A stretch of DNA of 64,000 nucleotides from an uncultured Planctomycetota bacterium (GTDB taxonomy: Bacteria > Planctomycetota > Planctomycetia > Isosphaerales > Isosphaeraceae): positions 160,001-224,000 of the forward strand of contig CAWJTV010000031.1 in the NCBI GenBank assembly GCA_963845755.1, written 5' to 3'. The position numbers and the translations under genes are program-made. The notes below the pieces were generated by a model that was not told the origin of the DNA, made no database searches, and was given only the letters and a program-made list of their open reading frames with translations. This document shows positions 29,582 to 39,624 of this stretch, in pieces. Positions within the stretch are counted from its first letter, which is position 1; each line of letters begins with the position of its first letter.

Positions 29582-30901
29582 TCAGCAAACAGGGGGACGA
29601 TCGCTGTCGTCTTCCGGACCGAGATAGTCTCGATCCCGCAACCGTTCGGGAAGGCAGGTCATCTCCTCTCGAGCGTTGGGATCATCGTGGACGTAACGAT
29701 ACCCTCGACCATAGCCGATGCCCTTCATGAGCGGTGTGACGGCGTTGCGCAGGTGGAGCGGCACCGGCTCGCGCGCCGAGTCCGCGGCATCGGCGGCCGC
29801 GGCCTGATAGGCGGCTTTCACCAGGTTCGACTTCGGGGCCTTGGCCAGATAGATCGTGGCCTGCGCCAGCGGGAACAGGGCCTCCGGCAGTCCGATGAGG
29901 TGCGTGATCTGGGCCGCGGCCGACGCCTGGACGATCGCCTGCGGATCGGCGAGCCCCACGTCCTCGGAGGCCAGGATGCAAAGACGGCGCGCGATGAACA
30001 TCGGGTCCGCCCCGCCTTCGATCATCCGGGCCAGCCAGTACAGCGCGGCATTCGCGTCGGAATTCCGGAGCGACTTGATGAATGCCGAGATCAGGTTGTA
30101 AAACTCCTCGCCTTGCCTGTCGTAGGCAAATCGGGCCCGGCCCAGCGATTCGACCACGAGCGGCCAGGTGACGTGCCGCGCGCCGTCAGGATCCGTCTCC
30201 GCCGCCAGAACGGCCGATTCGAGTGCGGAGAGTGCCACACGCGCGTCCCCTTCTGCAACCCGGGACAGTCGATCGATGACCTCCTCAGCCACGCGCGGAT
30301 TCTGTCCGGCGAGCCCCCGCTGCGTGTCGGCGAGCGCCCGGCGGAGGATCGTCCCAATATCCTCCTCGGCCAAGGGATTCAGAGTGAGGACCCGGCAGCG
30401 CGAAAGCAGCGCGGCATTAACTTCAAACGATGGGTTCTCCGTGGTCGCTCCGATCAGGGTGACGGTCCCATCCTCCACGGCCGGCAGCAGCGCATCTTGC
30501 TGGGCCTTGTTGAACCGATGGATCTCATCGATGAACAAGACGGTGCCCTCGCCGCGACGTCGCGACGCCCGAGCTTCCGCGATGGTCTCACGCACCTCCT
30601 TCACGCCAGATCCGACGGCCGACACGGCGTGGAATCGGGCCTCGGCAAGCCTTGCGAGCAACCGGGCCAGCGTCGTCTTGCCGGTGCCCGGCCCTCCCCA
30701 AAGAATCAAAGAGGGCAGGGGACCGCCCGCCTCGATCAGCCGGCGCACCAGGCGACCCTCACCCACCAGATGCCCCTGGCCGACAAACTCCTCCAGGCTT
30801 CGGGGACGCATCCGTTCCGCCAGCGGCGCGTCGGCGGCGACGGGCTCTTCCCGGTCTTCGTCGGAGCCGCCGAAGAGGCTGCCGGTCTGGTATCTGGGCA
30901 T
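29582..30901 (-). CDS. rarA: Replication-associated recombination protein A (RarA/MgsA AAA+ ATPase)
   Basis: PLAERMRP, GPGTGKTT, FIDEIHRFNKAQQD, GATTENPSF, ISAFIKSLRNSD, ASEDVGLADP, PKSN, VPLHLRNA. Confidence 0.95.
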   Translation of the reverse strand: MPRYQTGSLFGGSDEDREEPVAADAPLAERMRPRSLEEFVGQGHLVGEGRLVRRLIEAGGPLPSLILWGGPGTGKTTLARLLARLAEARFHAVSAVGSGVKEVRETIAEARASRRRGEGTVLFIDEIHRFNKAQQDALLPAVEDGTVTLIGATTENPSFEVNAALLSRCRVLTLNPLAEEDIGTILRRALADTQRGLAGQNPRVAEEVIDRLSRVAEGDARVALSALESAVLAAETDPDGARHVTWPLVVESLGRARFAYDRQGEEFYNLISAFIKSLRNSDANAALYWLARMIEGGADPMFIARRLCILASEDVGLADPQAIVQASAAAQITHLIGLPEALFPLAQATIYLAKAPKSNLVKAAYQAAAADAADSAREPVPLHLRNAVTPLMKGIGYGRGYRYVHDDPNAREEMTCLPERLRDRDYLGPEDDSDRPPVC

Positions 30902-31113
30902 GAAGCCGACCTCGCAGGTCTTGACCCGATTCGCCAGGTATCAGTGACTGAACGTACAGATTCTATCGTGTTCCGTCACGCGAGGGGAAGGTGGAATGTG
31001 ACATCGAAAAAGAGCTCGCACGTCGACGAATTGATCTGCGGGACTTGTGTACCACATCATGGCCCAACGGTCGAACCGCTTCTAATGCGGCCGGAGAGAC
31101 AGGTCCTCTCCGA

Positions 31114-32807
31114 TCATGGCTTTGCGATTCGGGCCTGGAGAATCGTCGCCCACAACCATTCCGTCCTCGCACCAGGACCCACGATCGGCGCCGTGGCCAT
31201 TCGGGATGTTCGTGGCTCGCGCGTGGCCTTGCCGACGATGCGAAGCGGGCCAGAGGTCCCGCCCTTATCGGCTGTGAGTTCGAGCGTGACAGACCGCGCC
31301 GAAGCATCGCCGGGCTTCGACGATGGCGGCTCCGCCGTGATTCCGGGCGGTAGATCTTCGGCGACGATCTCGATCGGTTCCAGCAGTCGCCGTCCTTGCG
31401 CTGGATCGCCACGGTGATCTTGGTCGGCTTCCCCGGCGTCAGGTCGAACCGATCGGCCGCCAGGGTGAGGGCGAAATCCGGATGCGGCTCGAGCACGCTC
31501 AAGAGATAGGCGAATCGAGGACCGCCCTCGGCCGTTGAGGTCGCGCACCACGAGCCGGTATTCGCCATCGGCGGGTGCGGTGAACGACCGCTCGAGATCG
31601 CGGCTGTTCCGGCCGGTGTCGTCCAGACTCGGCCAGGACCTTGCCGCTGGAGTCGAGCACGCGGAGGATCGGATCGAGCGGCCTGCCCAGGGCGCGGGAC
31701 TCGACGCGGAACACGCGCTTGTCGTCCTTTCGCAGCGAGAGGCGGAAGACGTCCTGGTCGCCCGGCGGGTCGATCCGGCCGCTGAGTGCGACCGGGCCCG
31801 TGATCGCTTGGGGCCGCGCCAGGTCATTGGGCTCGGTCTCGACCGTCGCGGCGAAAGGAACCCGGCGAACCTCGGCCGTGCCGGCCAGCGAGGGATGGAA
31901 GACGGTCGAATGCGTCGCGGGCGTCGCAGTCCGGAGATCGGCCATCGTCGTGCGTCGGCGGGGATGTTCCAGCCGATCGCCTCGACGGTTCCGGGGCCGT
32001 CCTGGCCGACGGCGAGCGGGAAGGCGTAGTCGAGGAATCCGCCGGTCGTCAGCGGTGAGCCGGTAGACGAAGTCGTTGGCCCCCGCGAATCGGATGCTGC
32101 TATCGGGCGTTGCGGGGAAGGCGAAGAGACGAACGATGTACGACCCTGTCGAGGGTGCTTTGAAGACGATCCTCGGGTCGCGGCCGATATCGTCGTCGTT
32201 CTGGGCCAGGACGAACCCCTCGGGCGAGACGACCTGGAGGACGGCGTCCATCGGAGAGCCGAGGTGTTGATTCGCTTCCAGGCTCGGCGACGAGCGTCTG
32301 GCCGCGGGTCAGACTTGACCGCGAAACCGTCCACGTCACCCGCCTTGGCCAGGCGGCCGTTGACTGTGGCCGAGGCCGTTGCGAGCCGTTGCGGAGCCTT
32401 CGGCTCGTCGTTGGGCTCGACCTCGACCACCTCGGGGAGCACGCCGACGACGAACGGCCGGAGCGTCGTCGCCCCCTCTTCGTCGTAGAGCCGAACCCAG
32501 CGCAAGCCGGGTGCGGCATCGGCGGCGACGACGAACGCTGAGCTTTCCCTTCTCCTTCTCGGCCCGGATCTCGACCCCTCGGCCCTCGATCCAGGCCTCG
32601 AACGGGCCAGTGGTCGAAGGTCCCCGAGACTTTGACGGCGACCGTCTGGCCGCGACGCGGCCCCGGGCGGGAACAGGTCCGTCAATGTCGGCGGTTTGGC
32701 AGTGGACCGGGACGCGCCGAGGCAGTGCCGTGGCGATGAGGGCCGAGAAAACGCGGACGACCCGGGTTGGCCCGACATTTCCGCGCGTGCAGGATGCGGC
32801 GACTCAT
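31114..32807 (-). CDS. Planctomycete PPC-domain protein (associated with DUF1501/DUF1549 operons); multiply frameshifted
   Basis: PTLTDLFPPG, EVEPND (twice), GRLAKAGDVD, LAQNDD...DPRI, LDPILRV, YRLVVRDL and PDFAL across several frames. Confidence 0.7.
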
Positions 32808-34129
32808 CCCATCAGTTCCCGGATCGGGGTCGGGTCGCTCACCAGTTGGACCGGCCGGCCGCTGGGCGTGTGGAGGATCTTGGCCGGGTCGATGCCGAGC
32901 TTGGTGTAGACCGTGGCGGCGAAGTTCTCCGGGGAGAGGAGCCGCTCGTTGGCGGCGTAGCCGTGCGCGTCGGTCGAGCCGACGACCTGGCCGCCGGGCG
33001 TCCCGCAGCCGGCGAACAGGACCGACATGGCGTTGGACCAGTGGTCGCGGCCCGCATCCTTGTTGATCTTGGGCGTGCGGCCGAACTCGCCCAGCGCGAT
33101 CGACCAGCGTCGTCTCGAGCAGGCCGCGCCGGTCCAGGTCCAGGATCAGCTCGGCGATCGTCGATTCGAAGGCGGCCATGCGCTGCTTGTAGGCCTTGAA
33201 GATGCCGATGTGATGGTCCCAGCCCCCCTCGTTGAGCGTGATGAACGGCACGCCGGCCTCGACCAGGCGGCGGGCCAGCAGGGCGCGCTGGCCGAACGAA
33301 TTGCGGCCGTAGGCGTCGCGGACCATGTCGGGCTCGTTGGCCGATGTTGAAGGCCCGCTGGGCCTCCGGCGAGGACATCAGGTCGTAGCCCTGCTCGTAA
33401 TAGGCGTCGAGCGTCACGGCCGGGTCGCACGCGGCCTCGTCGGTGAAGCGCCGGAAGCGGTCGACGCGGGCACGCAGGTCGCGGCGGCGATCGAACCGAT
33501 CGTCGTCCAGTCCCGCGGGCGGCGCGACGTCCCGGACCTGGAAGTCGCTTCGGCTCGGGTCATCGGGAACCACGAACGGGGCATACTTCGCCCCGAGGAA
33601 GTTCGGGCCGCCCGACCGCGACATGCTCGGGCATCGAGAAATACGGCGGCATCCCGCCGGTCGGTCCCGCGCTCGTGCGCGGTGACCGAGCCGAGGCTGG
33701 GGTGGAAGCTGACGAACGCGCCGCAGCCGACCGGGATCCGGGTCGGGGCGCCGGTCATCATGTAGTGGTTGCCCGCGCCGTGGTTCCCCTGGTTGTGGCG
33801 GATCGATCGCACGATCGCCAGCTTGTCGGCGATCGACGCCAGCCGCTTCATCGGCTCGGAGAAGGAGATGCCGGGAACCGTGCGTCGCGATCGGCGAGAA
33901 CTCGCCCCGGATCTCCTTCGGGCGCATCCGGCTTGGGGTCGAACGTCTCGTAGTGGCTGGGTCCGCCGTCCATCCAGATCAGGATGCAGCTCGTCGGCCG
34001 GCTCCCGGCGAGGGCCGCCTGGCCTCGCAGCCGCAGGGCGTCGACCAGGCCGCCGCCGATCAGGGCGCCCAGGCCCAGCCGCAGGCAGTCGCGACGCGTC
34101 ACCGATTCGCAGTTCGTATGAAAACCCAT
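32804..34129 (-). CDS. DUF1501 family protein; multiply frameshifted
   Basis: TRRDCLRLG, CILIWMDGGPSHYETFDPKP, ARRLVEAGVPF, GWDHH and GEFGRTP-like segment; ends PIRELMG. Confidence 0.85.
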
Positions 34130-34181
34130 CGGACGCCTCCTCGAATCCCGAATGACGCGATGGCCGCGCCGGTTCTCTCGA

Positions 34182-36394
34182 TCAGTCTTTGAAGACAAAC
34201 TCCGCCGAGTTGAGCAACGCCCACAAGAGGTCTTCGACCGCCACGCGGCGGTCGGCCCTGGGGCCTTCGAACAGCGAGACCCCGACGGCACGCTCTTCGT
34301 CGGTCGGGAGCCGGCTGTACGTGAGCAAGTAGAGTTCCTCGACGATCGCCCGCGGCGGTTCGCTTCCCCTTGGCCAGCCGTGCGGCCCGCCCGGCGTCGC
34401 TGGTGACCTTCTTGTGCAGCTCCGGCGCAGTTCATCAGGTGCAGCGCCTGGACGACCGAGGTGTCGCTGGTGCGCTCGCAGGGCGGGTCCTGGTTCGGGT
34501 CGGGCCGGCCGAACGTGTCGAGGAACAGCGAGGGGACCCGGTGCGTCCAGATCGCCGAGGCACGCGAGCCGGGCGGGGCGGCCGCGAACGTGTCGGGCAC
34601 GCCGGTCACGTCCGAGATCGCGTCGAGCAAGACCTCGGCCCGCAGCCGCTGCCGGTAGTGGCGGGAGAAGTTCCGCGTGTCGGCGACGTTGCGGTCGTTC
34701 GGCTCGGAGCTCAGGCGCGTAGACCGACGAGGCCAGGATCGTGCGGATCAGGTGCTTGAGGTCGTAGCCGTGGCGGCGGAAGTCGTCGGCCAGGGCGTCG
34801 AGCAACGGCCCGTTGCTGGGCGGATTGGTCGCGCGGAGGTCGTCGACCGGATCGACGATCCCGCGGCCCATGAGGTCGGCCCAGACCCGGTTGACGATGA
34901 CCCGTGGCGAAGTACGGGTTCTCCGGCGCGGTCATCCAGCGCGCCAGGGCCTCGCGCGGGTCGGAGTCGGCGTCGATCGCACACGGGGGCCGATCCGAAG
35001 AGCGGCCGGGGCTCCAGGACCTTCCCCGTCAGGGGATGTTTGACCGACCCCGACTTCGCCGTGTAGACGATCTCCTCGCTGCCGGAGATCGGCGGCGACA
35101 GCCCGGTCCCCTTGCGGCCGACCCGGGCGAAGTAGGCGGCGAACTCGTAGAACTGGGCCTGGTCCCACGACTCGAACGGATGGTGGTGGCACTTGGCGCA
35201 TTCGAGCCGGATGCCGAGGAAGAGCTGGCTGACCATCGGCGCGATCTCTTCGGGCTCGCGGCGGTCGCGGAAGATCGTCGCCGGCCCTTGCTCGAACGTG
35301 CTCCCTCGCGCCGTGACGATCGCATGCACGAACTGGTCATAGGGCAGGTTGCGGCGGAAGGCGTCGCGGATCCAGCCGTCGAGGTTCAGGACCGCCTTGA
35401 TCCCCACGCGGTAGGGATTCGGCCGGAGCAGATCGACCCACTTGTTGGCCCAGTGGTCGGCGTATTCCGGTCGATCGAGCAGCCGATCGACCAGCCGCGC
35501 CCGCTTGTCGGCCGAGGTATCGGCGAGGAACTCCCGGACCTCGTCGGGACGACGGCAAGCCGGCCGATCACGTCCACGTAGGCACGCCGGAGGTAGGTCG
35601 CATCGCCCGCCGGGACCGACGGGAACAGCCCGAGCTTGCGGAGCTTCGTCCAGACAAGGTCGTCGATGAAGTTCGATCGCGGCAGCGAGTCGTACCGCGC
35701 TGGCGGGAATCGCTCCGGGCAACGGGATGCTCACATCGCAGTTGGCGAACAGACCGCCGAACCGCGCCGAGATGGTCGCCTCGCCCGGGATCGGCCCGGC
35801 CTTGACCTGACCATCGGCGTCCACATTCACCAGGGCCGACTCGCTCGAGGCGAACGCCGCCAGAGCGGTCACGTCCTCGGCCGAGCCGTCCGTGAAATGG
35901 GCCGTGACGCCGCAATGCGAACGATTCCGCCGCGTTTCAGCCGTCCGCTCGGTCGGCTCGACGACGATCCGTTCCAGCCGAGGCGCATCGGACGGAGTGC
36001 GAGGCATGCCCGCGGCGATCCAGCGGAGGACCGTCTCATACGCCGGACTGCCGGGCGCCAGTCGCAGGCCGCCGCCGTGCGGCACCCGCGCCGTGGCCTT
36101 GCGGAGCAGCAGGCTCTCCTGCGGCATCAGCCGGGAGACGCGACGCCCGACGGCTTCCCTGACGATCGCGTCGTAATCGAATGCCGGATCGAATCCCAGG
36201 AGCGACAAGGCAAACCCGTTCTGCCCCCGCGCCTTGCCGTGACAGGCCCCGGCATTGCAGCCGGCCCGCGTCAGGATCGGCTCGATATCCCGCTCGAACG
36301 TCACAGACCTGGTTTCGCCGGCCTCGACACCCGAAAGACCGACCGGGACCAGGACGGCTATCGAGATCACGAGCCCGAAAACTCTGTGTCCCAT
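34182..36394 (-). CDS. DUF1549/DUF1553 (PSCyt2/PSD1) protein with Ig-like domain; multiply frameshifted
   Basis: GCNAGACHG, GFALSLLGFD, CAKCHHHPF, GRGIVDPVDD, FLDTFGRP, QALHLMN, EDLLWALLNSAEF. Confidence 0.85.
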
Positions 36395-37107
36395 CCCGGA
36401 GCCTCGCTCATCGCGCCACGGTTCCAACTCACACGCACGGCTGAATCTTAAACCATCGCGAGAGAAAGATCCAACAATTCTCCAACTCCGAGACGGGCAT
36501 TCCGCAATATTACTCAAATTCCGCCAGGTCACGGCGGAGTTACTGGCAATGAGCCGCCGATTCGTGAAGATTCGCCATCATTTTACTTGGAATGGCATGA
36601 GATCTGACGAAGACCACCTACGGTTAGAGGATCCGTGAATCGACCAATTCCCCCCTGGTATCGGGATTCCAACCACAATGGTTATGATTTGCCGATTTCA
36701 TCCGTGACCGACTCGTCATCGAGAAGTCGGTTCGCGATCCAAACGATCCCGCGATTCGTGCCGACGCTGGCGCCGGTTTCAACTGCTCGGATCTCACGGC
36801 GATTCTGAATCGCGGCGAGTCTCTACGGTATCGAAGCCTGGGCGAGAGCGGCGCGTACCGGTCGAGGACCTCCAGACGATCGGAGAGAAATGCCCCGGCG
36901 CATGGAAATCGCATCTACCGAGGATTGCATGGAAAACGAACCGCCGAGACGATCCTTCAGAACTTACACGACATTCGTCGTTAAGAAACCGATCCGGTTG
37001 TCGGTTAATACGAAAGAAGCCTCTAAGGATCGACGCGGAGAACCCATTCGGTTGTCCTCGGGAAGTGTTGGACCGAGGATGCGGATGGCGGAATCGGGAG
37101 GAATGTC

Positions 37108-38697
37108 ATGTATGATGCGGCGGTCATCGGGGGCGGGATCGCCGGTATGGCGACGGCCGCGCGGCTCCAGGCGCGGGGCTTGACCACGATCGTCCTGGAG
37201 GCCCATGGCCAGCCGGGAGGCTGTGCCGGCTACTTTCGCCGCAAGGGATTCTCGTTTGACGTCGGTGCCACCACACTCGTGGATTTTGGTCCCGGGGGAG
37301 TCGGCGGCGAGCTGCTGGAGAGTATCGGCATGCCGCCGCCGGAGGGCGAAGACCTGCCGGGTTACGTCGCCTGGCTGCCCGACCGCACCGTGACGCTCTA
37401 TCGCGACCCGATGTCCTGGCATCGGGAGCGGCTCCGGGTCTTCGGGGACACGCCGTCGCATCGCGCGTTCTGGGGCCTGCTGGACCGCCTCGCGAGCGTC
37501 TTCTGGAAGGCCAGCCGTGACGGCGTCAAGTTGCCGATCCAGCGCCTCGTCGATGCAGTCGGCGCCATGGGCGCGGTCGGACTCCGCGGGTTGCCCCTGG
37601 TCGGCTATCTGTCATGGACGATGGCACGGGCGTTGCGGGCTCACGGCTTGCAACACGACCAGGCGCTCGCCGGCCTGCTATCGATGCTCGTCGAAGACAC
37701 GGTCCACAGCACTCTCGAGGATGCGCCGCTGATCAACGCCGCTCTGGGTGTCACGATCCGGGGCGCCGGCCTGCTCCGGGCGCGAGGTGGCATGCGCGGA
37801 TTCTGGCGACGGTTCACGGCCCATTACGTCGCGCTCGGGGGTATCCTGCGAGTCGGCTGTCCCGTCGAGAAGATCGAGGGGAGGGCGGGAGATTATCACC
37901 TGACCACGCGACGTGGGAGGATCGCGGCCGGTCAGGTAGTCGCGGCGGTCCCGCTCTCGCTGGCCGCCAAACTCGGTCCCGATTCCGTTGCCGAAGCGAT
38001 GCAGCCTTATCTCCGCCGCGATGCCGACGCGCAGGGGGGCGCCGTGGTGGTCTTCCTCGGCGTTCCCGAGCGCGAGGTCGCTGATCGGACATTCACGCAC
38101 CACCAGCTCATGACCGACTATCAACGGCCGCTCGGAGACGGCAATAACATGTTCGTCTCCGTCTCTGCCGCCGGCGACACGGACAGCGCGCCGGCCGGTT
38201 ACCGCGCGGTGATGATCTCGACACATTGCGAGCTGGCACCGTGGGAGCGGCTCACACTCGAGGAGTATGAGGCCCGCAAGCAGGATGCCGGCAATCGTCT
38301 GATCGATCTGGCACGTCGGGTCTATCCCGAATTAGGGCGGGACGCCGTCGTTCACGAGGTCGCCACGCCCCGGACGTACGAGCGATTCACCCGGCGGCCT
38401 CGCGGTTCTGTAGGGGGCGTTCGCCTGAACCTGGCCAACGCGAACCAGAACGCCGTACCACACGACCTGGGCATCCCCGGCTACTGGCTCGCGGGCGACA
38501 CCACCTGGCCAGGCCTGGGGACCGTCGCCTGCTGCCTCGGTAGCCGGATCGTGGCCGCGGGTGTGTATGCCAGGGTCGCCCGTCGCGCCCTGCCCCCGGC
38601 GCCGAATCATCTCGAGACGAGGAGCCAGCCGTGCCGCCATCGACGTGCCCTGACCTGGAACTCCCCACGCTCAACGGCCTCGGCGCCGACCTGTTGA
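37108..38697 (+). CDS. FAD-dependent phytoene desaturase-family oxidoreductase (CrtD-like)
   Basis: VIGGGIAG dinucleotide-binding motif, LEAH..PGGCAGYFRRKGFSFDVGAT, GGM, ATPRTYERFT and LAGDTTWPGLGT. Confidence 0.85.
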   Translation: MYDAAVIGGGIAGMATAARLQARGLTTIVLEAHGQPGGCAGYFRRKGFSFDVGATTLVDFGPGGVGGELLESIGMPPPEGEDLPGYVAWLPDRTVTLYRDPMSWHRERLRVFGDTPSHRAFWGLLDRLASVFWKASRDGVKLPIQRLVDAVGAMGAVGLRGLPLVGYLSWTMARALRAHGLQHDQALAGLLSMLVEDTVHSTLEDAPLINAALGVTIRGAGLLRARGGMRGFWRRFTAHYVALGGILRVGCPVEKIEGRAGDYHLTTRRGRIAAGQVVAAVPLSLAAKLGPDSVAEAMQPYLRRDADAQGGAVVVFLGVPEREVADRTFTHHQLMTDYQRPLGDGNNMFVSVSAAGDTDSAPAGYRAVMISTHCELAPWERLTLEEYEARKQDAGNRLIDLARRVYPELGRDAVVHEVATPRTYERFTRRPRGSVGGVRLNLANANQNAVPHDLGIPGYWLAGDTTWPGLGTVACCLGSRIVAAGVYARVARRALPPAPNHLETRSQPCRHRRALTWNSPRSTASAPTC

Positions 38698-39452
38698 CGA
38701 CGACGCCCGCGCAGAGGCGGCTCGCACTCGCACGGCCGTTCCTGGGCGTCGCCGCTTACGTCCTGGCGGCCGGCGCGGGTCAATGGTGGTTGACTCCGTT
38801 CCTGGTCTTCTTGATCTTCGTGGCCGTGGTGACCGTGACACACGATGTCGTCCACGGTTCGCTGGGATTGTCTCCCCGACAGACGGAGTGGGCGCTCTTT
38901 GCCCTCGGTGCCGTCGTGATGGAGAGTGGACATGCCTACCGTGCCACCCACTTGCGTCACCACCGCGTCTTCCCGCAAGCGGACGATCCCGAAGGCGACC
39001 CAGCCCGCATGAGTCTGCTCGGATCGATCCTCTGGGGGCCTTTGTTCCTGCCCCGACTCTGGTGCTGGGCCTACGCCCGGGGCCGGCCCGGCGGAGGCCA
39101 GCGACGCTGGCTGATGGCCGAGGCCGTTTGGGCCTTCGCGGTCCCGATGGCAGGGCTCGGTCTGCTGTCGCGGACGCCCGCCGTGATCGTCTACGCGGCT
39201 CTGGCCGTCATCGGCAGTTGGGTCTACCCGCTCCTCACGGTCCACCTCCCCCACCGGCACTACGGCGAGACGCCCCTGACCCAGACCCACACCCTGCGCG
39301 GTTCGATCGTCCCCGCGCTCTTCCTGGAGTTGACATATCATCTGGAACACCACCTCTATCCGGAAGTACCCAGCCATCAACTGGCCGAACTGTCCCGACG
39401 GCTCGACCCCCTGCTCAGACAGGCTGGAGTCCAACCCTGGCGCGTCCCCTGA
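38631..39452 (+). CDS. Membrane fatty-acid-desaturase-superfamily protein (possible carotenoid hydroxylase/ketolase)
   Basis: Three His boxes HDVVH, HLRHH and YHLEHH, with TM segments; overlaps the upstream gene. Confidence 0.85.
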   Translation: MPPSTCPDLELPTLNGLGADLLTTTPAQRRLALARPFLGVAAYVLAAGAGQWWLTPFLVFLIFVAVVTVTHDVVHGSLGLSPRQTEWALFALGAVVMESGHAYRATHLRHHRVFPQADDPEGDPARMSLLGSILWGPLFLPRLWCWAYARGRPGGGQRRWLMAEAVWAFAVPMAGLGLLSRTPAVIVYAALAVIGSWVYPLLTVHLPHRHYGETPLTQTHTLRGSIVPALFLELTYHLEHHLYPEVPSHQLAELSRRLDPLLRQAGVQPWRVP

Positions 39453-39624
39453 GCCGGGTTTGTCGGGGAGGATCCGGCGCGATTGTGCACTCGATTCCCC
39501 GCAAAATCCTGGTATCATGAGCATCGACTACGTCTGCATCCTCAACCGATTCTTCCCAATCGTTCACCACGCCCCCGGACGAAGGCACCGTGAAGGATCG
39601 ACGGATTCACGCATGGAGGTGATA

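Noticed and set aside
29561..31417. 618-aa plus-strand ORF
   Set aside because: Antisense shadow of rarA and the PPC gene.
31114..36394. DUF1549/1553-DUF1501-PPC operon (and 49698..53338) as a novel system
   Set aside because: Function is unknown, but these are well-known, highly expanded planctomycete paralogous modules and nothing here is atypical.
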